This document shows, piece by piece, positions 37,097 to 46,375 of a stretch of 64,000 nucleotides of DNA. Below the pieces are notes generated by a model, which was not told where the DNA came from, ran no database searches, and saw only the letters and a program-made list of their open reading frames with translations. Each line of letters begins with the position of its first letter. The first letter of the stretch is position 1. The position numbers were made by a program, and so were the translations under genes. The DNA lies in assembly GCA_036351155.1 (NCBI GenBank), contig JAZBOO010000280.1, forward strand, positions 15,347 to 79,346, given 5' to 3'. This DNA is from Candidatus Krumholzibacteriia bacterium. GTDB lineage: Bacteria; Krumholzibacteriota; Krumholzibacteriia; LZORAL124-64-63.

Positions 37097-37486
37097 ATGA
37101 TCGACTCGGCCAGGATTCTCATCGTGGATGACGAGAAGCCCATCGCCACGTTGCTGGCACAGACCTTCGAGCAGGAAGGGCATCAGGTGGCGAGCGCCCA
37201 CGACGGGATCGACTGCATGAACAAGATGGCCAGCTTCCGGCCCGACGTGGTGATCATGGACATCATGATGCCCAAGCTGGACGGCATCGACACCACCAAG
37301 CTGATCCGACGCAATCAGAGCTACGCGGGGACCATCATCGTGGCGCTGTCGGCCAAGGCCGATGAAGACACCCGCCACAAGATGAAGGACGTGGGAGCCA
37401 ACCTGTTCATGCGCAAGCCGTTTTCCATCGCCAAGCTGGTTGCCCGCGTGTCTCACATGCTGGAAACCCGATCGCAATCGAGGTAG
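37097..37486 (+). CDS. Single-domain response regulator
   Basis: IVDDE, MDIMMP, ALSAK, KPF. Confidence 0.92.
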   Translation: MIDSARILIVDDEKPIATLLAQTFEQEGHQVASAHDGIDCMNKMASFRPDVVIMDIMMPKLDGIDTTKLIRRNQSYAGTIIVALSAKADEDTRHKMKDVGANLFMRKPFSIAKLVARVSHMLETRSQSR

Positions 37487-37492
37487 CCAGGG

Positions 37493-40147
37493 GTGACACA
37501 CGTCCTGACCATTCTGCTGACCGCTGGGCCAACCCTGACCGGGTTCTGGGCCGTGATGTCGGTATCGTGGTGGACGACACTGATTCTCATGGCCGCCAGC
37601 GGGGTGGGGGTCTGGGTGGGGCAGATGGGGCGCCGGCAATATCTGCGCCGCCGTCTCAGTGCCCAGGCGGAGCGCCAGGCGCGGCAAGAAAAAACCGCGC
37701 AGCTGAACCGCCGATGCCGGGTTCTGGAAAAAATTCTGGCGGTGTCCACGCGCCTCAGCCGGATTCGCAATCCCCAGGAATTGCAAACCCGGATTGTGGA
37801 AGCCGTGGCGGAGATCGGGGGATTCAACCGGGTGGTCCTGTACCTGTGGTCCGACAGCACGGGAGCCTTCGAAGCCCGCAGTTTTGCGGGAATGGACGCC
37901 GAACAGCAGAAGCAGGTGGGCGGGCACCAGGTGTCCCGGGTCGAGTATGCCGCGCGGTGCAACGTGCGCTTCCGTTTTTCGAACAGCTTCCTGGTCCACG
38001 ATGGTCCCGTTCAAGAAGGACCGGCGCGAGAACGCACCCCCGGTGACCCGGTGACCGGAGGCGGATCAGGCAAGGTCTGGCGCGCCGGACAAGTTCTGGT
38101 GGCCCCGTTGCTGAGTTCCGATGGTGAGGAGATCGGGTACCTGGATCTGGACGAACCCGTCCACGGTGAGGTGCCGGATGTGGTGGACCTGCGACAGCTG
38201 GAGTTCCTGTTCCAGCATGCGGCGGCCAGCCTGGAGTCGGCCGGCATTCATCACACCTTGGCCCGCAGCAACGCCGAGCTGCAGGTGGCCTCCGAGAAGC
38301 TGAACAGCCTGAACGACATGAAGAATAACTTCGTGGCGAATGTCAGTCACGAGTTGCGCACGCCGCTGACCTCGATCTCGGCCTACGCCGAGATGTTGCA
38401 GCAGAACATGGGCACCATGAGCGAAGAGGTGCGGAGCGAGTTCCTGAGGGTGATCCACAACGAGAGCCTGAAGCTGACCGACGTGATCAACGACCTGCTG
38501 GAACTGGGCAACATGGAAAACGGGCGGGTCCAGTCGCCGTCCATGACGGTGGACCTGACGGCCATGGTGACGCGTCTGGTGGATTCCTGGCGATCGCGCG
38601 CCCAGGAAAAGGGAATTGCCCTGAAACTGGAGTGTGATATTCCCGCGCTATCCATGCCTGCCGACGGATTGCTGATGCAGCAGATGCTGACCCACCTGCT
38701 GAGCAACGCCTTCAAGTTTTCCGCGAAGGGCGGACTGGTGCGGGTGACTCTGGCGGAAACGGGGACGGCGGTGCGATTGTCGGTCGAGGACCGCGGCATC
38801 GGCATTCCCGAGGAGAAGCTGGGACGTATTTTCGACCCGTTCTACCAGGTGGACGGCTCGGCCACGCGACAGCACAACGGACAAGGCGTGGGGCTGGCCA
38901 TCTGTCGGGATATCGTCAATCACCACGACGGGCGCATCTGGGCGGAAAATCTCCAGCCCAGGGGGGCCCGGTTCACGGTGCTGCTCCCGCGGCGTTCTCC
39001 GGTCTTGCAGCCCGTGGCCACCGATCCCATCAGCGGATCTCCTTTCCAGCCGGGCGAGTTCATGCAGCGGGTCATGCACTGGGTCGGGGAAAGCCTGGGG
39101 GTCCAGACGGCCACCCTGATGATGCCCGACTCGGACCATGAGTACCTGGCCATCCGGGCGGCGGTGGGCTTGCCGGAGTCGGTGGTCCAGAGTGCCCGGG
39201 TGCGACGGGGATCCGGGTTTGCCGGCCGGGTCTGGGAAAGCGGACAAACCCTCCTGGTGGATGACGTGGCTGCCGAGGGCCTGCCTGGGCGCGACCAGAG
39301 TGAACCCCGCTATTCCACGTCGAGCCTTCTGTGTGTCCCCTTGAAGAACAAGGACGAGTGCCTGGGGGTGGTGGCGGTCAACAACCGCTTCGACGGCAAG
39401 CCGCTGGACGCCGATGATCGCCTCCTGCTGGAAAGCCTGGCTCCCAGACTGGCCGAACTTTTACGGCGTCATGCCCACTGGCAGGCCGATTCTCATCATT
39501 TCGCCCAGATCCGGGATACCCTGCGGACCATCACGGGCATTGGCCACCTGCGCCAGGAAAGCCTCCTGGAAACCTGCCAGGAGATCTGCCTGGCCAGCGC
39601 GCGGGCGATCAACATGCCGGATGAAGATCTGCGGCACCTGGCCTTTGCCCTGCAGTTCTATGATGTGGGGCTGGGCTATGTCCCGCGGGAGCTGCTGAAC
39701 AAGCCCGGCCCCCTGGACGATGACGAGCAGCGCACGGTACGCCAGCACGTCAAGACGGGTCTGGTGGTCCTGGAGCCTCTGGCCGCGCCGTCCAAGATTC
39801 GCCAGTTGATCCTGCACCACCACGAGAACGTGGATGGGTCGGGTTATCCCGAAGGTCTGGCCGGGGAGTCCATTCCTCTGGGTTCTCGACTGTTGCGGCT
39901 GACCGACACCCTGGCGGCCCTGCTCAGCACCCGACCCTGGCGGCCGGCGCGCAGTCTGGATGAGGCTCTGGAGGAGATCCGCTGGGGCATCGGGACTCAT
40001 TATTGTCCGCGAATGGCCGAGATCTTCTTGCGGGAAGCTGAATTGCGCCGACCGCGGATAGTGGAGCAACAGGAACGCGGCATGGACCACGCCGTTTTCA
40101 AGCGGCCCGTTCTGGATCCCGCGCAGATGGCTCCCCTCAACAGTTGA
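37493..40147 (+). CDS. Membrane-anchored GAF-HisKA-HATPase-GAF-HD-GYP protein with degenerate HD
   Basis: N-terminal hydrophobic segment, GAF, VSHELRTPLTSI, DRGIG, GVGLAI, second GAF (SLLCVPL, GVVAVNNR), FYDVGL, HHHENVDGSGYP, RPWR. Confidence 0.85.
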   Translation: MTHVLTILLTAGPTLTGFWAVMSVSWWTTLILMAASGVGVWVGQMGRRQYLRRRLSAQAERQARQEKTAQLNRRCRVLEKILAVSTRLSRIRNPQELQTRIVEAVAEIGGFNRVVLYLWSDSTGAFEARSFAGMDAEQQKQVGGHQVSRVEYAARCNVRFRFSNSFLVHDGPVQEGPARERTPGDPVTGGGSGKVWRAGQVLVAPLLSSDGEEIGYLDLDEPVHGEVPDVVDLRQLEFLFQHAAASLESAGIHHTLARSNAELQVASEKLNSLNDMKNNFVANVSHELRTPLTSISAYAEMLQQNMGTMSEEVRSEFLRVIHNESLKLTDVINDLLELGNMENGRVQSPSMTVDLTAMVTRLVDSWRSRAQEKGIALKLECDIPALSMPADGLLMQQMLTHLLSNAFKFSAKGGLVRVTLAETGTAVRLSVEDRGIGIPEEKLGRIFDPFYQVDGSATRQHNGQGVGLAICRDIVNHHDGRIWAENLQPRGARFTVLLPRRSPVLQPVATDPISGSPFQPGEFMQRVMHWVGESLGVQTATLMMPDSDHEYLAIRAAVGLPESVVQSARVRRGSGFAGRVWESGQTLLVDDVAAEGLPGRDQSEPRYSTSSLLCVPLKNKDECLGVVAVNNRFDGKPLDADDRLLLESLAPRLAELLRRHAHWQADSHHFAQIRDTLRTITGIGHLRQESLLETCQEICLASARAINMPDEDLRHLAFALQFYDVGLGYVPRELLNKPGPLDDDEQRTVRQHVKTGLVVLEPLAAPSKIRQLILHHHENVDGSGYPEGLAGESIPLGSRLLRLTDTLAALLSTRPWRPARSLDEALEEIRWGIGTHYCPRMAEIFLREAELRRPRIVEQQERGMDHAVFKRPVLDPAQMAPLNS

Positions 40148-40232
40148 CCAGTTGAGACTCAACCTGGTGCCGGAGATGCCGATCACCGGGGACAGGAAAC
40201 GCCCCATTCGCCCATAGACCGGAGGAACGGCC

Positions 40233-40604
40233 TTGTTCAAAGTCCTGATCGCCGATGACGAGCACAACATTCGCAACATCCTGGATTTCAGCCTGCATGC
40301 CGAAGGTTTCGATGTCATCGCCGTGCACAGCGGGGAGGAGGCCTTCGCGCGGGCGGTGGAAGAGATCCCGAGCCTGATCATTCTGGACGTCATGATGCCC
40401 GGCCAGGGGGGCATGGAAACCTGCAAGCAATTGAAGCAGGACCAGCGGACCGCCGGCATTCCCGTGATTCTCCTGACGGCGCGCAGCAGCAAGCAGGATC
40501 GTGAGGAAGGGATGGCCTGTGGCGCCGATCAGTACATCACCAAGCCCTTCAGCCCTCAGAAAGTGATCGGGGCGGTCCAGGAACTTCTGGGTGCCATGTC
40601 CTGA
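40233..40604 (+). CDS. Single-domain response regulator
   Basis: TTG start behind GGAGGA. IADDE, LDVMMP, LLTAR, KPF. Confidence 0.92.
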   Translation: MFKVLIADDEHNIRNILDFSLHAEGFDVIAVHSGEEAFARAVEEIPSLIILDVMMPGQGGMETCKQLKQDQRTAGIPVILLTARSSKQDREEGMACGADQYITKPFSPQKVIGAVQELLGAMS

Positions 40605-40618
40605 CCGGATTTTTCTCG

Positions 40619-40649
40619 GCCCCTGCCAGCTGGCGGGGGCTTTTTTTTT
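40619..40649 (+). terminator. Intrinsic terminator closing the signalling operon
   Basis: GCCCCTGCCA-gc-TGGCGGGGGC followed by T9. Confidence 0.85.
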
Positions 40650-40716
40650 GGTGGTTGGACTGCGGCCAGCCGGCAGGGTAATTTGGGGGCACCCCAACCA
40701 AGGCGGAGCCGACCCC

Positions 40717-42723
40717 GTGGACTTTCTGGTCAACATCATCTTGCCCGTTCCCCTCTTGCAGGACTTTTCCTACCGTTGTGTTGTGGACGAGGAAGCGCAA
40801 GAGACGGCCCCGGAAGCCGGCGATCTGGTGGCGGTTCCCTTCGGCCGCCGCAAGAAGGTCATCGGCCTGGTGGTGGCGGTGAAACCGCTGGCCGCCGAGG
40901 TGACCAAGGTGGACGGTTTCACCCTGAAAAACGTGGCCCATCGCTATGGACCGGAATATCGGATCACCGGAGAGCGCCGCCGCCTTCTGGACTGGATGGC
41001 GGCCTACTATGCCTTGCCCGCCGGAGAGGTGGTGCCCCTGTTCCATCCTCCTGGTCCCGGGACCCGATCCAGAGGCAAGGCCGCCACCGAGGAGTTCCCC
41101 ACCGGCGATAACCAGAAGATCGTGCTGACCCCCGCCCAGAACCGTGCTGTGGCCATGGCCGCCGAGCACCTTGAGGCCGATCGCTTCGGAGTGATGTTGC
41201 TGCATGGCGTGACGGGCAGCGGCAAGACCGAGGTCTACCTGACGGTCATCGAACAGGCCCTGGCCGCGGGGAAAGGGGCCATTTTTCTGCTCCCGGAAAT
41301 TGCCCTGACGCCCCAGATGCTGGCCCGGGTCACCGCGCGCTTCGGCAGTCGAGTGGCCGCCCTTCATTCCGGTCTGGCCGCCGGCCAGAGGTGCCAGGTG
41401 CACGAGAAGGCCGCGCGGGGGGAAATCGAGGTGGTGGTGGGTCCGCGATCTGCCCTGTTTGCGCCGGTGCAGAACCTGGGTGTGATCGTGGTGGACGAGG
41501 AACACGAGGGGTCCTACAAGCAGGATGAAAAACCGCGCTACCACGCCCGTCACGCCGCGCTGGTGCGGGGCCGGGAAAACGGGGCGGTGGTCATTCTGGG
41601 CTCGGCCACACCCGATCTCGAAAGCATGGACAATGCTCGCCGCGGGCGCTATCAGCTGCTGGAGCTGCCCGACCGCATGGGCGGACACCTCCCTGTGGTG
41701 GAGCTGGTGGACATGCGGGGACCGCAGGCCATGGCAGGATTCTCTCCCCACCTGGTGGAGGCCATCGGTGAAACTCTGGATCAGAAGCGTCAGGTCATCC
41801 TGTACTACAACCGTCGGGGCTTTGCGCGCGTGATGCAATGCCGGGACTGCGGCGAGGTGGTCATGTGCCCCAACTGCGATATCGGGCTCACCTATCACCT
41901 GCGTCCCCGCCGCCTGCTGTGTCACTACTGCGACCACACGCGCGAGGTATGCGACACCTGTCCCGCCTGTGGATCCGAGAACTTCCTGCCCCAGGGGGGC
42001 GGCACCGAGAAGGTGGAGCTCAATCTGGAAGCCCATTTTCCGGAGGCGCGGCTGCTTCGGCTGGACCGCGACACGACCTCCCGCCGCGGCAGCCATCACC
42101 GCATCCTGGCCAGCTTTGCCCGCCGGGAAGCCGATATCCTGGTGGGCACCCAGATGGTGGCCAAGGGGCACCACTTCCCCGGGGTGGGTCTGGTGGGGGT
42201 GCTGGCGGCTGATGATGGTCTGGGCCTGCCCGATTTCCGCGCCGCCGAACGCACCTTCCAGCTGTTGACCCAGGTGGCCGGCCGCAGCGGGCGCACCGAG
42301 AAGGGCCGGGTGGTGTTTCAGACCTATCGCCCGGACGATCCGGTGATTTCGGCGGCCAGCTGCCACGACTATCATCAGTTCGAGGAGCAGGAGCTGCCCC
42401 AGCGGCAGGCCCTGGGCTATCCTCCCGGCCGGCGCCTGGTGCGGGTGGCCGTCAGCGGTCGCCTGTTGAAGCGCGCCGAGGAAGTGTCCGGCCAGCTGGG
42501 CGACGTCTTGCGTACCAACCTGGCCGGGCCCGAGATCACCGTCCTGGGCCCCGCCCCGGCCGTCTTTCCCCGCCTTCATGATCGCTACCGATTTCAGATC
42601 CTGATCAAGGGCACTCTGGGCCTGGAGGCCAAGGCCTGGCTGGCTCAAACCCTCGAGGCCTTGCGGCAGCAGTTCCGGGACATCGATGTGTTCCACGACG
42701 TCGATCCCACGTCGGTTTTTTAG
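40717..42723 (+). CDS. priA: Primosomal helicase PriA
   Basis: VPFG, HGVTGSGKTEVY, PEIALT, DEEH, GSATP, NRRG, four CxxC pairs, GTQMVAKG, DFRAAER, QVAGRSGR. Confidence 0.96.
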   Translation: MDFLVNIILPVPLLQDFSYRCVVDEEAQETAPEAGDLVAVPFGRRKKVIGLVVAVKPLAAEVTKVDGFTLKNVAHRYGPEYRITGERRRLLDWMAAYYALPAGEVVPLFHPPGPGTRSRGKAATEEFPTGDNQKIVLTPAQNRAVAMAAEHLEADRFGVMLLHGVTGSGKTEVYLTVIEQALAAGKGAIFLLPEIALTPQMLARVTARFGSRVAALHSGLAAGQRCQVHEKAARGEIEVVVGPRSALFAPVQNLGVIVVDEEHEGSYKQDEKPRYHARHAALVRGRENGAVVILGSATPDLESMDNARRGRYQLLELPDRMGGHLPVVELVDMRGPQAMAGFSPHLVEAIGETLDQKRQVILYYNRRGFARVMQCRDCGEVVMCPNCDIGLTYHLRPRRLLCHYCDHTREVCDTCPACGSENFLPQGGGTEKVELNLEAHFPEARLLRLDRDTTSRRGSHHRILASFARREADILVGTQMVAKGHHFPGVGLVGVLAADDGLGLPDFRAAERTFQLLTQVAGRSGRTEKGRVVFQTYRPDDPVISAASCHDYHQFEEQELPQRQALGYPPGRRLVRVAVSGRLLKRAEEVSGQLGDVLRTNLAGPEITVLGPAPAVFPRLHDRYRFQILIKGTLGLEAKAWLAQTLEALRQQFRDIDVFHDVDPTSVF

Positions 42724-42763
42724 GCTCTGTTCAACGTTCAAAAACTATCACAAAACTGAACAA

Positions 42764-42792
42764 TTGTGCCAGCCGGAGCCCTTTGGTATACT
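42764..42792 (+). promoter_or_regulatory. Putative sigma70 promoter of the peptidase gene
   Basis: TTGTGC-17 nt-TATACT with TGn extension. Confidence 0.55.
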
Positions 42793-42855
42793 TTATTCAT
42801 CAATACCCCCGAATACGAAATCATCGGGATTAATGCACTGTCTGAAAGGTTTGCC

Positions 42856-45800
42856 ATGCGCAAGTCCTGCATCTTGCTGGGAATCTGTCTGTTTCTCGGG
42901 CTGGCGTCCGGAGCTGTCGCCGCCGATCAACTGGATATCGAGGCCATTCGTCAGGACATCGAGCGCTACGGCTGGTCCTTCGAAGTGGACGATGCCTTCT
43001 CGCGCAGTCTGACCCCGGAGCAGCGGCAGAACCTGCGCGGTTACCGCCCCCCGGAGGACTACCAGAAGATTCTGGACGAGAACTTGAAGATCTTTCCGGT
43101 GGACAAGGATCTGCCCTCGAGTCTGGACTGGCGGGATGTGAACGGCGTGACCTCGGTCAAGAACCAGGGGGACTGCGGAAGTTGCTGGGCCTTCGCGGCC
43201 ACCGCCGAGCTGGAATCGTTCATCAAGATCTACTACGGCGAAGACACCAACCTGTCCGAGCAGCAGGTGGTTTCCTGCAATCCCTACGGGGCCGATTGCG
43301 ATGGGGGCTGGGCCAACGCGGCTTACTTCGTGTTCCGCCAGTATGGGGCCGCCCAGGAAAACTGCATTCCCTACCTGGGCATGAGCCCGCCCGCTGCTCC
43401 GTGCGAGCAGGATGATTTCAAGAAGTACGGCTTCATCACCGGGTGGCATTCCATTTCCAACAACGTGCAGCAGATCAAGGAAGCCCTTCAGGACGGTCCG
43501 GTGTGCACGGCCATTGACGCCAGCGATGAGTTCGAGGCCTACGAGAGTGGCTGCTACGATGTGCCCGGCGGCTGGACCAATCACCTGGTGCTCATCGTGG
43601 GTTACGACGATCGTGCCTGCGGGAACAACGGGGCCTGGATCATCAAGAACAGCTGGGGTTACGACTTCGGCGATGGCGGGTACATCTACGTCCAGTACGG
43701 AGCCGGATCCACGGGACAGAGCGTGACCCAGCTGGAGTATACCCCCCCTCCGACTTCCATTTCCATCCACACCGGGGTCACCGAAGAGCCCATCTATGCC
43801 GACGAGACTGCTCTGATCGAGTGGGGCACCTCGGGGGCCGCCGCACCCCTGGTGGACATCTACTTCGGCAACGAGGGCCACTGTCACCCGGTGCTGGTGG
43901 CGGAGAATTTGCCCAACACCGGCAGCTACAACTGGACGGTGCCCAACCTGGGGACCAACTACGGCAGCCTGGTGGTCTATCCCAGCAGCGGCACCGAGGA
44001 CGGCTTCGGGATCACCGAGGAATACATCCGGGTGGTCGGTCACAAGACCCGTTACGTCTCGCCCAGCGGCAGTAACACCGCGCCTTTCGAATCTCCCGAA
44101 ACGGCGGCCCACAGCATCAGTGATGCCGTGGTGGCCTGCACCGGGACCGACAGCGTGCTGGTGGCAGGCGGCCACTATCTCGGCACGGTGACCGTCGGAA
44201 CCACGGTGCGACTGCTCGGTGGCTACAGCCAGGATTTCAGCGTCCGCGACCCGGAGACCTACCCCACCGTGATCCAGAGCGGCAACACCGGAATGCGTTT
44301 CCTGGAAGGCTCCGGGGACTTCGGGATGGCCGACGGATTCGTGTTCCGCGATTGCACCGGCAGTCCCGGCAGCGTGCCGGAATCAGGGAGTCATGGCGGC
44401 GGCATCTTTGTGCGCAACGCCTCGCCCCTGATTCTCAACTGTGTGTTCGAAGAAAATCTGGCCTCGGCCAGTTCAGGGACGGGCTTCGGTGGCGGTATCT
44501 GCGTGGTGGGCGGCCAGCCCGAGATCAGGGATTGCGTTTTCCGCGACAACGTGGGCAGCCAGGGTGGCGCGGTCGGTATTTTCGATGGGGCCCACGCGAC
44601 CCTGATCGATTGTCAAATTCTGGGCAATGCCTGCCGGGACAGCTCCAGCGCCAACACCGGCGCCGGCCTGTTCGTCAGAAATGCCGCCGTGACTCTCCAG
44701 GGCGGCGCCATCGGTGGCAATGGCGGGGGAGCGGGTGCGGGCATGCACCTCCTGGGTTCCCAGGCGGACCTCAGCCGAGTGGACATCCGGAACAACCGGG
44801 CCCAGGTCGATGGGGGCGGTATTCTGGCCGTGGACTCCACACTGGATCTGGCCAATGTGAAGCTGACCGGTAACGTGTCGAACACCGGCAGTGGTGGTGG
44901 ACTGTCCGGTCAGGGAACCTCTCTCACCCTGCGCAACGTGCAGATCACCGACAACCGCAGTGCCATCCTGGGTGGTGGCATGTTCGCCAGCGGGGCCACC
45001 GGACTGGTGGAGAATTGCCTGGCCAGCGGCAACACCGCGGGCAATACGGGGGGCCTGATGGCCCTGGCTTCCGGGCCCATGACCGTGCGCAACAATATCG
45101 TCAGCGAGAATTTTGGCGGCGGCCTCACCGTGATCGGTTCGGAGGTCACCGTCGGCTCGAACAACGTGTGGCAGAACGAAGGCGGCGACTACGTGTCCAT
45201 GGCCGTACCGGCGGCTGATTTTTCCGCCGATCCTCTGTTCCTGAATGCGGCGGCGGGCGATTACGGTCTGGCGCAGTATTCTCCGTGTGTGGACCGTGGC
45301 GAGATGGCCGCGGATTGCCTGGACCCGGACGGCTCCCGAGCGGACGTGGGTCTGCTGGGTGGCCCGGGCGCGGACTTCGTGGCCCCTGATCATGTGACCG
45401 GGGCGGCACTCGAGGATCTGGGCGGCGGAACCTGGCGCCTGACCTGGAACGCCCTGGGGGCCGACAACATCAGCCACTACGTGGTTTACCGGGACACCTC
45501 CGAGGTGTTCGAGCCCTCGCCCAGCAAGGCCCTGGCCACCATCGACCACCCGGGAACGGTGTTCGAGGATTCCCCGGGTATGGAGTGCTACTATCTGGTG
45601 GCGGCCATCGATGAGACGGGGTACAGCGGCGGATATTCCGCGCAGGTGAGCACAGCCGGAAGCATCAGTGCGGCCGGCGACAGCGATTTGCCCCGAAGCC
45701 TGGCCATCGCCAAGGTGGTGCCCAACCCCTTCAATCCCCGGACCACCCTGAGCTACGATGTGCCCCGGACCGGGCGCGTGGAACTGGCGGTTTACGACAT

Positions 45801-45972
45801 CAAGGGGCGGCTGGTGAAACGGCTGGTTTCGGGGACGGTCCAGGCGGGTCGGCACACCGTGAGCTGGAGCGGGCAGGACAGTCATGGCCATTCGGTGGCC
45901 GCCGGCGTGTACTTTGCCCGGATGAGTGATGGGCACTCGGCCACGACGACGAAGATGGTGCTGACCAAGTAG
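42856..45972 (+). CDS. Secreted papain-family (C1A) cysteine peptidase with Ig-like, beta-helix, FN3-like and FlgD-Ig/T9SS-like C-terminal domains
   Basis: Signal peptide, LPSSLDWR, QGDCGSCWAF, NHLVLIVGY, IKNSWG, N...GGG beta-helix repeats, PNPFNP...YDIKGRLV...AGVYFARM...KMVLTK. Confidence 0.9.
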   Translation: MRKSCILLGICLFLGLASGAVAADQLDIEAIRQDIERYGWSFEVDDAFSRSLTPEQRQNLRGYRPPEDYQKILDENLKIFPVDKDLPSSLDWRDVNGVTSVKNQGDCGSCWAFAATAELESFIKIYYGEDTNLSEQQVVSCNPYGADCDGGWANAAYFVFRQYGAAQENCIPYLGMSPPAAPCEQDDFKKYGFITGWHSISNNVQQIKEALQDGPVCTAIDASDEFEAYESGCYDVPGGWTNHLVLIVGYDDRACGNNGAWIIKNSWGYDFGDGGYIYVQYGAGSTGQSVTQLEYTPPPTSISIHTGVTEEPIYADETALIEWGTSGAAAPLVDIYFGNEGHCHPVLVAENLPNTGSYNWTVPNLGTNYGSLVVYPSSGTEDGFGITEEYIRVVGHKTRYVSPSGSNTAPFESPETAAHSISDAVVACTGTDSVLVAGGHYLGTVTVGTTVRLLGGYSQDFSVRDPETYPTVIQSGNTGMRFLEGSGDFGMADGFVFRDCTGSPGSVPESGSHGGGIFVRNASPLILNCVFEENLASASSGTGFGGGICVVGGQPEIRDCVFRDNVGSQGGAVGIFDGAHATLIDCQILGNACRDSSSANTGAGLFVRNAAVTLQGGAIGGNGGGAGAGMHLLGSQADLSRVDIRNNRAQVDGGGILAVDSTLDLANVKLTGNVSNTGSGGGLSGQGTSLTLRNVQITDNRSAILGGGMFASGATGLVENCLASGNTAGNTGGLMALASGPMTVRNNIVSENFGGGLTVIGSEVTVGSNNVWQNEGGDYVSMAVPAADFSADPLFLNAAAGDYGLAQYSPCVDRGEMAADCLDPDGSRADVGLLGGPGADFVAPDHVTGAALEDLGGGTWRLTWNALGADNISHYVVYRDTSEVFEPSPSKALATIDHPGTVFEDSPGMECYYLVAAIDETGYSGGYSAQVSTAGSISAAGDSDLPRSLAIAKVVPNPFNPRTTLSYDVPRTGRVELAVYDIKGRLVKRLVSGTVQAGRHTVSWSGQDSHGHSVAAGVYFARMSDGHSATTTKMVLTK

Positions 45973-45996
45973 ATCATTCACCAGGCGCGTCGAGAC

Positions 45997-46035
45997 AAAA
46001 AAGGCCCCGGGCTTGCACCCGGGGCCACTTTTTTT
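45997..46035. terminator. Bidirectional intrinsic terminator
   Basis: A6-GGCCCCGGG-cttgca-CCCGGGGCC-ac-T7 between convergent genes. Confidence 0.88.
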
Positions 46036-46375
46036 ACTCCGACCACACGGCCAGCTCATTGCCGCCGGGCTCGCTGAAGTGGAAACGCTTGCCCCCGGGA
46101 AACTCGTAGGTCTCCTTCACAATGGTCCCCCCGGCAGCTTTCACCTTGGCCACCACGGAATCCAGATCCGGAGCGTAAAAAACCACCAGAGGGCCGCCGC
46201 TTGCCGCCTTGTCGCCCTGGGCGAAACCACCGCGCATGGCGGCGTCCTTGAAGCTGGCGTACTCCGGTCCAAAGTCCTTGAACTCATAGCCGAAAACCTC
46301 CTGGAAGAAGGCCTTGCTACCGTTCAGATCGGTGGTGGTGAATTCGATGTAATCGATGGCGTTGGGATGGCTCAT
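46034..46375 (-). CDS. VOC/glyoxalase-family protein
   Basis: IDYIEF, FFQEVFG, DFGPEY, AGGTIVK, FPGGKRFHFSEPGGNELAVWS. Confidence 0.9.
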   Translation of the reverse strand: MSHPNAIDYIEFTTTDLNGSKAFFQEVFGYEFKDFGPEYASFKDAAMRGGFAQGDKAASGGPLVVFYAPDLDSVVAKVKAAGGTIVKETYEFPGGKRFHFSEPGGNELAVWSE

